64,000 bases of DNA, from the NCBI RefSeq assembly GCF_009914755.1, contig NC_060928.1; one strand, written 5' to 3'. Under the pieces are notes generated by a model, which worked only from the letters and a program-made list of their open reading frames with translations, searched no databases and was not told the origin of the DNA. Positions 45,595 to 58,810 of this stretch are shown here, in pieces. Numbering within the stretch: position 1 is the first letter of the stretch; each line of letters opens with the position of its first letter. Source of the stretch: the human T2T-CHM13v2.0 reference genome, Homo sapiens. Made by a program: the position numbers and the translations under genes.

Positions 45595-48199
45595 CCAAAT
45601 GAAGAAAGTCCTGGACCAGATGAAATCACAGCTGAATTGTACCAGACATACAAGAAGAGCTGGTACTATAGAATTAGTACTATTTCAAAAACTCGAGGAA
45701 AAGGGACTCCTCCCTAACTAATTCTACAGAGTAAGCATCACCCTAATACCAATATCTAGCAAAGACACAATGAAAAAAGAAAACTACCAGCCAATATCCT
45801 TGATGAACATAGATGCAAAAAGACCTCAAGAAAGTGCTATCAAACTGAATCCAGCAGCCCATCAAAAAGTTTGTTCACCATGGTCAAGTAGGCTTCATTC
45901 TGGTTTGTAAGGTTGATTCAACATACACAAATCAATAAACGTGATCCACCACATAAAAAGAATTAAAAACAAAAACCATATTATCATCTCAATAAAAATG
46001 GAAAAAGCTTTCAATAAAATTCAACATTCCTTCATCAAGAAAACCCTCAAGAAACTAGCCTTCAAAGGAACATATGTCAAAATTTTGAGTCATCCATGAC
46101 AAACCCACAGCCAACATCATACTGAATGGGCAAAATCTGGAAGCATTCCCCTTGATAACTGGAATAATACAAGATCTCCTATTCAACATAGTATAGGAAG
46201 TCCTAGCCAGAGCAATCAGGCAAGAGAAAGAAATAAAAGACATTGAAATACGAAAAGAAGAAGTCAAATTATCTCTCTTCACTGAAAATATGATTCTAGA
46301 CCTAGAAAACTGTAAAGACTCCACCAAAAGACTCTTGAAACTGATAAAGAACTTCAGTAAAATTTCAGAATACAAAATAAACATATGAAAATCGGTAGCA
46401 TTTCTATACACAAAGATCAATCTGAGAGCCAAATGAAGAACATAATCCCATTTGCAATAGCTGGAAAAAAAATGCATTGGAATACATCTAACCAAGCAAG
46501 TAACAGATCTCTACAAGAAGAACTACAAAACACTGCTGAAAGAAATCATACATGATACAAACAATGAAAAAACATTTTATGCTCATGGATCAAAACATCA
46601 ATATCATTAAAATAGCCATCCTGCCCAAAGCAATCTAGACTTTCAGTGCTATTACTATCAAACTACCAATGTAATTTTCACAGAACTAGAAAAAACTATT
46701 TTAAAATTTACATAGACCCAAAAAATAGCCCAAATAGCCAAAGCAATCCTAATCAAAAAGAACAAAACCAAAGACATCACATTACCTGACTTCAAATTAT
46801 ACTATAAAACTACAGTAATCAAAGCAGCATGGTACTGGTACAAAAACAGACACATAGGATAATGGAATAACATAGAGAACCCAAAAATAAAACTGCATGC
46901 CTAGAGCCATCAAATCTTTACCAAAGTTGACAAGAATAAGAAATGGGGAAAGGACTTCCTAGTCAATACATTGTGCTTGGATAGCTGGCTAGCCATATGC
47001 AGAAGATTGAAATTGGACCCCTACTTTTCATCATATACAAAAGTTAACTCGAAATAGATTAATAATTTAAATGTTAGACTTCAAACTATAAGAATCTCAG
47101 GAGAAAACCTAAGAAACACCAGTTTTGACATTGGCCTTGGGAAGAAATTTATGATTAAGTCCTCAAAAGCAATTGCAACAAAAACAAAAATTTAACAGTG
47201 GGATCTAATTAAACTCACAAGTTTCTTGCACAGCAATAGAAGTGATAAACAGCATAAATAGACAATATAAAGAATGACAGAAAATATTTGCAAACTGCAT
47301 CTAACAAAGGTCTAAAATCTAGAATCTGTAAGGAACTTAAACAATTGAACAAGCAAAAAACAAATAACCCAACTTAAATATGGGCTAAAGACATGAACAG
47401 GCACTTATCAAAAAAGACATATAAGTGGCCAACAAACATGAAAAATGCTCAACATCGCTAATTATCAGAGAAATGCAAATCAAAACCACAATGAGATACA
47501 AACTCACATCTGTTAGAATAGTTATTATTTAAAAAGTCATAAAACAACAGATGCTGAAAAGGTTGCAGAGAACAGGAAAAGCTTATATACTCTTGGTGGC
47601 AATGCAAATTAGTTCAGCCAAAGAACTTAAACACAGCTATCTTTTCATGTGGCAATTTCATTACTGAGTATATTTTCAAAAAAAAAAACTGTTCTATCAA
47701 ATAGACACATGAACTTTTATATTTATTGCAGCACTATTCACAATTGCAAAGACATGGAATCAAATCCAGGTGCCCATCAACAGTGGACTAGATAAGGAAA
47801 ATGTGATACATATACACTATGAAATATTACACAGCAATAAAAAAGAATAAAATCTGTCTTTCACTGCAACATGGATGCATCTATAGTCCATTATCCTAAG
47901 CAAATTAACACAGGGATAGAAAACCAAATATCACATGTTCTCACTTATAAGTGGGAGCTAAATATTGGTTACTTATAAAGATGTCAATGATAGACACTAG
48001 GGACTATTAGAATGGGATGAGAGGGAGAAGGGCAAAGGTTGAGAAGTTATCAGGTACTATGCTAAGTACCTGGGTGATAAGATCAATTGTACCTAAGCCT
48101 CAGCATCACACAATATACCCAGGTAACAAACCTGCACATGTATCCCCTGAATCTAAAATAAAAGTTGAAATTAATTAAAAAAATAAAAATATATAAAGT

Positions 48200-49120
48200 A
48201 AAACGGGCTGGAAATATACAAGAAGTTCCCAGAACATACTGTAGTGCTCAAAACTACACAAACTGCCCACACACACTCACACACACACAAACGCACACAC
48301 ACACCCTCTCTCTCTCTCACACAACACTCAATAATCAATAGCACGAATGTGAAGATGTCCCAAGAGCCAACCGAAGGAACTCTCAGTAGACAAAGATAAA
48401 AAAATGTGAGCAACAAATTAAGTAAAATAATATTTACACACTGTTGGTGGCAATGTAAATTAGTTCAGCGAAGGAAAGCAGTTTGGATATTTCTGAAAGA
48501 ACTTAAAACACTGCTACCCTTCGACCCAGCAATCTCATTACCGGGTATATTTTCAAAAGAAAATACATTGTTTCACCAAAAAGACACATGCATTCATACG
48601 TTCTACCAAAAGACACATGTTTAAAGTATAAAATAAATATATCTGAGTTCATGATGACATAAATAAAGGATAAATAAATGCAGGAGAAGAGACAACCCTT
48701 CCTTTCAGAAAAGTTCCAAACAGCTTATGTAGTTACTCTACCCTCCAGGAAGTGGAGTATAACTCCCCATCCTTAAGTGTGGGCTGTTCATAGTGACTTA
48801 AAGTACAGACAGTATGGAAAGGGACAGGCACAAACACTACCTTAGCCAAGTGATCAAGGTCAACAGCAACAATGATAAGTTATATTGATAGTTCATACTC
48901 TTGATATAATGTAAAGAAAGTGACTCTGCTCTTGTATTCTTCACGCAAAACCCACATGCCTAATCTAATCATGGAAAAACATCAGACAAAATTGAAGGAC
49001 ATTCGACAAAATATCTGATCAGTACTCTCTAAACTATCAAGGTCATCGGAAACAAAGAAAATCAGGAAAGTGTCACAACCAAAAGAAGCCTAAAGAGACA
49101 TGACTACCAAATGTAATGTG
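48200..49120 (+). mobile_element. L1MC3-like 3' region (right part)
   Basis: 'ggaaatatacaaga', 'taactccccatccttaagtgtgggctg', 'ccttagccaagtgatcaaggtcaaca', 'gacatgactaccaaatgtaatgtg'; contains a (CA)/(CT) repeat at 48268-48325. Confidence 0.75.
48431..48620 (+). mobile_element. Isolated L1PA15/16 ORF2 3' fragment without tail or TSD
   Basis: Translates THCWWQCKLVQ...FLKELKT.LPFDPAISL.GI; homologous to 47582-47712. Confidence 0.85.
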
Positions 49121-49212
49121 ATATATATGTATATATATGTATATAAGTGTATATATGTATATATATGTATATATGTATATATACGTGTATGTATATGTGT
49201 ATATATATATGT
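49120..49212. repeat. (TA)/(TATG)n simple repeat
   Basis: Read directly from the sequence. Confidence 0.92.
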
Positions 49213-50389
49213 GTTTGATTTCATCTTTCACTTCAAGAGACATACACATCTGACTGCTTTTGTACATCTGGCTTCATCAAACACATCTGCCATCCTTCAG
49301 TACATATGTCTATTCTAAATGCATCTGTCTGAATCAAAATCATACTGCATTCTTCCACAAACACAGATTTTCATGAAACCCAAATTTTAAAATGTTTCAG
49401 AAATAAGATATAGAGTCTGTTTTTGGTCTACCTAATTGCCTTTGTTTTCCTTTCAATGTTCTTTCGTGATTTAATTTTTATCCCATGAATAAGCGGCCTG
49501 GAAGCTGTGGTTCTCCCTTTTTCAAACCTCACTGGGAATAACTCTTATTTCAAAACTGACACCAAGATTTAGCTCTGAAGTTCCTAGAGTCTGACCCTTT
49601 GCTGGATTTCATGATTGAAAACAAAAAGAAAGTAAGCATGCAGTATTATTGTTTCTGGCTTTCTTTGTGCAGAATAGTCCTCCCTAGCTAAGGAAACATC
49701 AAAGGAAAACATACAAGATAATCTTTAATTACCCGTGAATGCAACCTGCTTTAAAGATAATGAAAAGGGGAAAATTGAGGCCTGATTTGTTCCAGTTGAC
49801 AATCATTAAGGGGCCTTTTGCAATGCTGATCCTAACTGCAATCATATCTGGCATCATTCATTTTCTTATACATTTCACCCCAGTGGACAGTTTAGAGAAT
49901 GGAAGGCAGAGCAAGCAAGTGGTGCATAGGTAGGTGTGTTACTATGGATTCTTGCTATGTGTCTGCATGCATTTGTCTTTATCTGATTTTTCTCCCTTTC
50001 AATTACCTCTACACGTAAACTCCCCCACCATTGCCCCATCCCCATTGGGTTGATTTATTTTAAAGTAATATCAAGACATTAGATGGAAACATGGCTCAAA
50101 TAACTGAAGAAACTTGAAAGCTGCTGCGGCTTTAAAATGAAAGAGAGAATTTTAAAAACAGTAATGAACTGTTTCCAACAAGCCTTCAGAATCAGTCTCA
50201 AGGAGCTAGATATACTCCAGGCTAAACCCGTAGTAGTTCCAGCGAAGTGGTCCACCGGGGCAGCTAGTAGTAATTGATTCACATGATACACTGCCTCTTT
50301 ACCTTCGTCTCTCCCAATTCTCTAAGTTTCAAGGTTTTATAAGGGCTAAGCATGTATCAAATACTAGTGCACTTGTACCTGCTCAGTCA

Positions 50390-51130
50390 ATCCAATCAAA
50401 ATTTAGTCAAGTTGAGCACTTTCTATATGCCAAGCACACGACATTGCTCTGCGAGTACAAAAGGAAATAGACACAGGCTCTGCCCTCCAGGTGTTTATTG
50501 CCTAAGAGGAGAAAGTAGTCATGTAAAAGATACATGCATAAAACGTTGTAGTAACACAAGGAGAGCTGTTGGATATACCTGATAATTCAGAAAAGGAGAG
50601 GAGAGGACACACAGATGAGATGAGATTTAGGGAAATAAGCATGGGAAGACTTTTACAGTTGGAATAAAATGAATCAAGTAGGAAACAGAATGGTAAACGT
50701 GGTTAATTCCAAGATGTTGAACAGTGTAAGCACATCAACTGTGAGTTGACGAAGGCAGAAATTAAAGCTATAGACATAGGTTGGAGGTGGTCCTGGGAGA
50801 CTAAGAAATTTAGAATAATTCTCTATATGATTGTCATTTAAAGGATTTAAAGCTTAAGGTGGTTGCCCAGTTTTCTGACTTGAGTGTACAAGAAAAGAGG
50901 GATACCATTGTGCAAGGGAGTCTGGGGAGAGAGTAGGCTGAGGAGTGAAGATGAGATGGTGAGTTCAGTGAGTTGGGGAAGGCTGGAGACTGCCAATTGG
51001 ATTTTCTCAGAAGGTTGTCAGCTGCATGCGTTTTAATCTGTGAATTAAAGGTGAAGATAGAGATTTAGGACTCATCAGCATATAGACGGTTATAACATTA
51101 TGAAGGTAGAGTATATTTATCAATAAAAGC
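50390..51130 (-). mobile_element. L2 fragments
   Basis: 'ttgagcactttctatatgccaagcac', 'cccagttttctgacttgag', 'atggtgagttcagt', 'atagagatttaggactcatcagcatatag'. Confidence 0.7.
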
Positions 51131-51152
51131 ATATATGAAAAAACAAGGTAGA

Positions 51153-51518
51153 TAATATGGTTTGGCTCTGAGTCCCCACGGAAATTTCATATCAAATTGT
51201 AATCCCCATTGTTGAGGGAGGGCCCCTGGTGGGAGGTGATTGGATCATGGTGGCAGTTCCCCCCATGCTGTTCTTGTGATGTTGGGGGAGTTCTCACGAC
51301 AGTTGATGGTTTTAAAGTGTAGCATTTCCTGGCTCTTGCTCTCTCTCTTTCCTGCCACCAGGTATGAGGTGCTTGTTTCCCCTTTGCCTTCTGCCATGAT
51401 AAGAAGTTTCCTGATGCCTCCCCAGCCATGCAAACCTATGAGGCAATTAAACCTCTTTTCTTTTAAATGACTCAGTCTCAGGTATTTCTTTATAGCAGTG
51501 TGAAAATTCACTAATACA
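51153..51518 (+). mobile_element. MSTA/B-like MaLR solo LTR
   Basis: 'taatatggtttggctctg...aaattgtaatcccca'...'ctaataca'; TSD GTAGA/GTGGA. Confidence 0.9.
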
Positions 51519-51579
51519 GTGGACAAGTGAAACCTTAGAAAACATTATCCTTTGAGGGATCAGATTAGGACGGTACTTC

Positions 51580-51755
51580 CTTTTGAGGAATGCCCACTAG
51601 AATCATTTGTGCTGCCTTTTCAAAATGCATATGCTCAGGTCCTTCTTCTAGCCTGTCACATCCAAAATAATATATCTTAGGTAGGACCTGGCCATAATGC
51701 ATTTTGAAAAAGTTTCCCATAGATTCTTTTTCATACTTCTAGTTAAATACTGAAG
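51580..51755. mobile_element. MER5-like (hAT-Charlie) fragment
   Basis: 'tagaatcatttg...aaaatgcatatgctcaggtcc...tgcattttgaaaaagtttcccatagattc'. Confidence 0.55.
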
Positions 51756-52639
51756 TGGAGAGTTTCAAAAGTTATAGGTAGAAATATCACTGATGTCTTA
51801 ATACTTACCCTAACCTTGATTTAATGGAAAGTTCTAGGACAAATGATGACTGATAAAATCAATAACTCACAGTGTGAGGTACTTAAATGTTGCCCAATGA
51901 AAAAAGTCAAGTAAGGTTCAGAGTATAAGCAACCCAAGTGCATTGCCTTTTGATTCCCATTTGTTTTAAAGAAACATCAATCAATAGATTAGTCAGGAAT
52001 TCCACTCATGGAAGGGAGTTTCAAAAGTGGTGAAAGATAATGCCTGGAATGTCCTGTCTTTAGGTATGTTTGACCTAACCATCTGGGGACACTGGGCCAT
52101 GCTGCATTCACACAAATGATTGAGATTACAGCTGTGACTGCTATTATCAATTCCAAAGGAGTGCCAAGAAGGCAAGTCTGATTTAGAGGCATGGCGAAGA
52201 CAGATTACTGGTGGGTGTGACCACAGGAGTAGGAGAAACCAGGAGGAATTCATGTAGAAAGACTAAATGAGCCTTTAAAATGATGTTTTTGAAAGCCTTA
52301 ATGGAGTGAAACAAAGCCTATAGTACAATTTTAAGTGAAAAAAAATGCAGTATTCAAAATTGTATATACAGTAAATAAGTTGAAAAATACAAAATTTAGC
52401 ATATCTCTACATTACCACCTCCCCCCGTCCACCACCACCACACACACAACACATACCCAAGATTAGGGAACAAAGTGTTGTCATTTTAGTGGTTAATGAT
52501 ACTTGAATGATAGGACTACAGATCATTGGTTTTTTCCTCCTTCATCATTTTCTATTTTTCAAAAATTTTAGAATGTATGTGAATTAACTATACAACTGAC
52601 AAAAATAAGAATAAAAACACATGTTTCCTTGGTTTATGA

Positions 52640-52925
52640 TAGCCATCTTCTTCACCTAGCTGATGCCTACATACTCATGTAGCTCTTATTAAATCCAGGA
52701 ATACAACCCTATCCTAGAAATATACATTAAAGGCCCTACTCTTATTCCTATGGGACCTGTGTTTACCTACACCCCCTGTCATATGCACTATAATGAATTA
52801 CCCGTTTCTCTACTAAATAGAAGTTCTGAGGACAGGGACCATGTGTGATCTCACCATTGTTGTGGACCTCATTCAGTGCTTATAATACCTGGTACATAGT
52901 AAGACCAGAGAAAGGCCAAAATAAT
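52640..52925 (+). mobile_element. L2 3' fragment
   Basis: 'ttctgaggacagggaccatgt...tgcttataatacctggtacatagtaag'. Confidence 0.6.
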
Positions 52926-55000
52926 TAATGCAAAATATTACCTACAAAAGAAGGCATGAGGGAAGTGACACTTTAGTGGTGAGTAGAAATTGAGGGAGGA
53001 TCTGATTAAGTTAAAACATCCAGAAAGAATATCTCTAAAGCAGAACACAATAGAACCAGGGCAGGGAAGAGAATTGCTTGAAACAGTCCTCGTTGACTGA
53101 AGGCAAGGGGAGGTGGAGAAAGGCAGGTTGGAGTCATATGAGAACCATGGAAATTTAGTAATAAGGTTGTCACCTGATATAAAGGGGTAAGGAGACACTG
53201 TTCAGGGTTTAAATAAGAGAATTGTCATCGTAGGAAGAAATAAGAGAGTTTTTAATCCCTGAAAATAGACACAATTATAAGTAGCAATACAAGGATATTA
53301 CCTGTGCTCTACAAAGGAAGCAGAGGTTTCTTTGTTTCTCTAGAGTCCTTAAAGTGCTGTGTCATTCTCCTGCTGTAACCTCTTCTGCAGGAAGCTTGGC
53401 AGCAGCTACTGCTTCCTCACCCCAGGTAAACTGGAACAGGAGGAAGGACAGAGAGAGGAAGATGGGCTTACAGTCAATACAGGACTAAGCAAACACAAAC
53501 TCTTGCCTGTCACACAGTCCGGAGCCTCCTGCCCACCACTGCTTTTGAAGGAACGGTGGCTTTGTATTCTTTTGGATAAATTTATTTGCAATACAAAGAA
53601 ATAGTTTTGCAATACAAAATAAATATATTTGTTATCCTGTTTAATCCACTGACTAAGGAAGTAGAGCCAAAGCGGACAAGTTGTCTTTTCAGGACAGAAC
53701 TCAAAGCGAATTATGTCAACTTCCTGGTTTAAAAGCTGCTTTGGTTTCTGGAATCTAAGAAAACACTTACCTCATTGAATTAAAGCTGCTTTAAGGTTCT
53801 GAGTGTCTATCATTGGAAATAATATAATGTCAAAGACTACAGAAAACAGGCCAATGACGGGTCTTCTGATTGGCTTTGCTGTCATGAGAGTTATTAAAAA
53901 CCCAATGCACCACTTCAGGAAGATTTTAAATACAAAGGAATTAGAAAATTAACAGGTTGTCTTCAGAACATTGAGAGTAGCTTAAACTGGTCAAAGAATA
54001 TGTCCTTTGCAACAAAAGATCTTGAAGAACAGCAGCATAACAACTGAAAAAAAGAGAAGGAAACAAAAAAAATCCTCTGGGTCTAAGATTCTGAGAAAAT
54101 TCAGGAGCATAAGATAATCAACGATCCCACAACATACTGAAGTCTTCTGTTTCAAATTGAAAAATGACATTTTATACCCCTGAGGCTACTCATTTGTGGT
54201 CATCATGAGAATTAATGCTTAATATATACTAGAGCTAAAAATATGTTTATGACATTAAAACACTTGTAAAACTTTGAATTGATAAATCATAGCCATTCGT
54301 GTTTTTCTAGGTCCCTGAGGTGAGATCCATGTTACAGAATTTAGTCCTTACTTTTAATTTTATGTGGATACTAAAAATACTTCTTGATAAGTTTCACTGG
54401 ACTGAAAGAAAGTATTTTCCAATAGTTACAATGTAGGATGGCTGTCAGTGTACCATCAGAGTTTCAGATTTTGAGAACAAAGGAAACTGATTCTAGATAA
54501 ATTAAATGGGAGGATTTTTCCTGGAAAGACATGGTAACTTAAGAAGGAACTCACAGAACCTATGAAAACCTGGAGAACCAGGCTTGTAAATGATCAGTCA
54601 ACAAAAAAGTCACAAAGTATTAAGCTGAAATATGCCAATGCTTCATAGCAGGAAATATCTGGCCAGTTGGAAATAAAATGATCTCCAATTGACACTACAT
54701 TCTAGTACTACTCTACTAGCTCAAGATTTTAAAACCTCAGTCTTCCAATCCATGAACACAGGATGAATGTCTTTTCATTTCTTTGTGCCTTGTTTTAATT
54801 TCTTTCAGGAATGCATCACAGTTTTCAATATACAAGTCTTTCACGAAACTCTTTAGTTTTTTCCTACATATATTATTCTTTTAGGTGGTATTGTATGTAA
54901 ATGGGATTATTTTCATATTTTTCTTTTCAGATAGTTTATTGTTAGTATATAGAAACACAGCTCATTTTTGTATATTGACTTTTTATCCTCAGCTTTATTA

Positions 55001-55655
55001 CATAGCAGCTCTCGCTTATCTGCAGGCGGTACATTCAAGACCACCAGTGGTTGCTTGAAGCTATAGAATACCAAATCCTATATCTACTATGTTTTGTGCT
55101 GTCCACATATAAATATAATAAAGTTTAATTTATAAATTAGGAACAGTAAGAAATTAATAATTAGGGCCAGGTGCAGTGGCTCATGCCTGTAATCCCAGCA
55201 CTTTGGGAGGCTAAGGTGGGCAGATCACTTGAGGGCAGCAGTTTGAGACCAGCCTGGCCAACATGGTGAAACCCCGTCTCTACTAAAAGTACAAAAATTA
55301 GCCAGGCGTGGTGGTACATGCCTGTAATCCCAGGTACTTGGGAGGCTGAGGCAGGAGGGTCACTTGAATCCAGGAGGGAGAGGTTGCAATGAGCCAAGTT
55401 TGTGGCACTGCACTGTAGCCTGGGCAATGGAACAAGACTCCATCTCAAAAAAAAAAAAAAAAAAAAAAAGAGATTAATAACTAATAATAAAATAGAACAA
55501 TTATAACAATATACTGCAATCTTCGTTATAGGAATGTGGTCTCTCCTCCCTTCTCTCTCAAAATATCTTATTGTATGCAGTATTTTCGGACCATGGTTGA
55601 CTGCATGTAACTGAAACCAAAGAAAGTATAACCAGGGACAAGGCAAGGACTATTG
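55001..55655. mobile_element. MER44A-like (TcMar-Tigger) element split by an Alu
   Basis: 'taaagtttaatttataaattagg..cagtaaga', 'aatagaacaattataacaatatactg', 'ttttcggaccatggttgactgcatgtaactgaaacc'; TA flanks. Confidence 0.82.
55165..55467 (+). mobile_element. AluS (Sx/Sz-like)
   Basis: 'gatcacttgagg', 'cctggccaacatggtgaaaccccgtc'; poly(A); degenerate TSD aagaaattaataattag/aagagattaataactaa. Confidence 0.95.
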
Positions 55656-58589
55656 TATTTATTTGTTAGTTCTAACAGTTTTTTAAATGGAATCTTTAGG
55701 GTTTTCTATATATAAGATCACACCATCTGAAAATAGGAACAATTTTACTTCTTCTTTTGCAATGTGGATGGATAACTTTTTTTCTTGCCTAATTGTTCTA
55801 GCTATGACTTTTAGTGCTATGTTGAATAGGAGTAGGAAGAGTGAGCATTCTTGCCTTGTTTCTGATTTTAGAGGAAAAGCTTTCACTTTTCTATTGTTGG
55901 GTATAATGTTAGCTGTGGGCTTGTCATATATAGTCTTTATTGTGTTGAGAAACATTTATTTTATGCCCAATTTTTTGAGAGTTTTTATCATGAAAGGATA
56001 AATTTTGTCAAATGCTTTTGATGCATTCATTGAGATGATCATGTTGGTTTTTTTTCCCTTATCTTTCTAATGTATATACATCACATTAATTAATTTTCAT
56101 ATGTTGAATTGTTCTTGTATCTCAGGAATCAATCCCACTTGGTCATGGTGTATGATTCTTTTAATATGCTATTGGATTCAGCTTGCTAGTGTCATACTGA
56201 GGAGTTTCATGTCTATTTTCACTAACAATATTAACCTATAATTTTCTTTTTTGTAGCTTATTTGACTACATTGTTATCAAGAGAATGTCGATCTTATAAA
56301 GTGAGTTATGAAATATTCCTTTCTCTTTAATTTTTTGGAAAAATTTGAGAAGGAGTGGTACAAATTCTTTGAATGTTCAGGAAAATTCACCAATGAAGCC
56401 ATCGGGCCTTGGGCTTTTCTTTGTTGGGAGATATTTGATTACTGGTTCAAACTCCATACTAGTTACACATCTGCTTAGATTTTCTATTTCTTCATGTCCA
56501 TATTACTCAAATCAAGCTACATATTCAATGCAATCCATATCAAAATCTCACTGGTGTTTTTAACAGAAATTTAAAAAATTCTAAAATTCATCTGGAGTGA
56601 CAAAAATGTCACAAACCCAAATTAATCTTGAGAAAGAAAAATAAAGCTAGAGATATTATACTTTCTTATTTCAAAATATATTGCAAAGCTAAAGCAGACA
56701 AAACAGTATGGTGCTAGCATAGAGCAGGCATATAGACCAAGAAAACAAAGTAGAGTCACAAAATGAATCCACCCATATACAGTCAACTGATCTTTGACAA
56801 GGGTGCCAACAATACACAATGGGAAAGAATCTTCTTTCTCTTCAACAAATAGTGCTGAAAAAAACAGATATCCACATGCAAAAGAATGAAACCGGAACCT
56901 TATCTTGCACTGTATGCAAAAATCAACTTAAAATGGATTAGAGACTTAAATGTAACACACAAAGCTATAAAATCCCTAGAAAAAAACAAAGGTTTTCCTT
57001 CATGTTGTTGGTTTTGGCAAGGCTTTTATGGTTAATACACTGAGCACAGACAAAAATAAGCAAAGAAAATAAAAACACAAACAAGTGGGACTACATCAAA
57101 CTAAAAATCTCCTGCACAGCAGCAAAGAAAACCATCAACAGAGTGAAAGAGAAGCCAACAGAATAGTAAACCATATTTATAAATCCTATAACTGATAAGA
57201 GGTTAATATCCAAAACATATAAGAAACTCTTGCAACTCAGTTGTGAATATAATATATATAGAAACCTGATTAAAAATGGTTACCCACTTGAATAGACATT
57301 TTTCCAAAGAAGATATACAAATAGCTGACATCGATTAAAAAATACTCTATGTCACCAATTATTTGAGAAGTACAAATCAATACTACAATGAGATATCATC
57401 TCACACCTGTCAGGATGGCTATTATCTAAGAACAGCAAAAGACAACAGAATGTTGGTGGGGATGCAGAGAAACTAGGAACTTGTACACTGTTGGTGGGGA
57501 AGTAAAATGGTGCAGCCACTGTGGAAAACAATAGGGAGGTTCTCTGAAAAATTAGACATAGAACTACTATATGACCGAACAATCCCACTCCTGAATGTCT
57601 TTCCAAAATAACTGAAATCAGAATCTCAGAGTATTAGCACTCATGTTTGTCGCACCATTATTTGCAACAGCCAAGGTATGTAAACAACCTAAATGCCCAT
57701 AATAGGTAAACTGATAAAGAAAATGTGGTATACATAACAATGGAATACTATTTTGTTTTAAAAAAGAAATGAAATTCTGTAATATATGACAACATGGACG
57801 AACCTTGAGGACATTATGCTAAGTGAAATAAACCAGTCCCAGAAAGACACATACTGTGTGATTCCACTTATGTATCTAAAATAGTCAAAGTTATGGAATC
57901 AAAGAGTGGTTGCAAGGGGCTGACGACAGGGAGAAATGGGAAGTTAGTATTAAACGGGTATAAAGTTGCAGTCAAGTAATATGAATAAGCCTTAAAAATC
58001 TGCTTTACAGATTTTTAGGTCAATAGTAATATATTGGATACAAAAAATGTTTAAGAGCGATCTCATGTTAAGTGTTCTTAACACAATACAACTTTAAAAA
58101 ATAATGTATTACAAAAAACACAAAAATAAAAGTGAATTTTAAAAATGGAAAACAAAAAGATTCGAAGCTTCAGGATATGGGTAAAAGTGAAGAGGAGAAG
58201 AAATGAAAAGCCAGCCCCATCTCTCACACCAAGACTATACACAATAGAGGATTTCCCCAAGGGATCTCAGAGCACTATTAGGAAGAAAGAATTGAATGCT
58301 GATCAGCCAAAAATAAATGGTAATGGTCATTTTGATCCAATAGTCACAATTAACAAATGCAGAAAGGAACTTTAGAGGTCATCTAATAAAATTCGCACAT
58401 TTGACAGTTACATAGCCAGGTTTTAGGCAGGTATGAGAATTGTACATCTCAATATTTTAATTTGAATATTATAACTTGAAAAATGCATTTGCTAATTTAA
58501 CAGTCAAGTGGAATCATTGTATTGATGTAAGTTATGCTTCTTCATTTTGTATTTACTTGAATGTTGGTGAGCATTGTAGGATTATTGAG

Positions 58590-58810
58590 CGATATCACAG
58601 AAAGAATGTCAGACAGCGACCTGATTCTCATATCTAGTGTGACCATTTATTAACTGTGTGACTCTGACCAAGTCATTTAACCTCATTTTATGCATTTTCT
58701 CTCATTTACAAAATAAAGACATAACAACCACCACAGTGTGCTGTAAAGACTAAATTAAATCATCACACATAAAATTGCTTTGTAAACTTTAAAGCTATTT
58801 ACAAATCAGA
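58590..58810 (+). mobile_element. MIR SINE
   Basis: 'ccatttattaactgtgtgactctgaccaagtcatttaacctc'. Confidence 0.75.

Larger units (their letters stand above)
54737..58130 (+). mobile_element. 5'-inverted L1MA10/L1MB1-like element (antisense arm ~54737-56493, sense arm ~56494-58130)
   Basis: The antisense arm encodes an RT region (ORF 55683-55955, YDKPTANII...LFLFSDG); the sense arm runs from 'atgtccatattactcaaa' through a 3'UTR ending 'gatctcatgttaagtgttcttaacacaata'. Confidence 0.82.
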
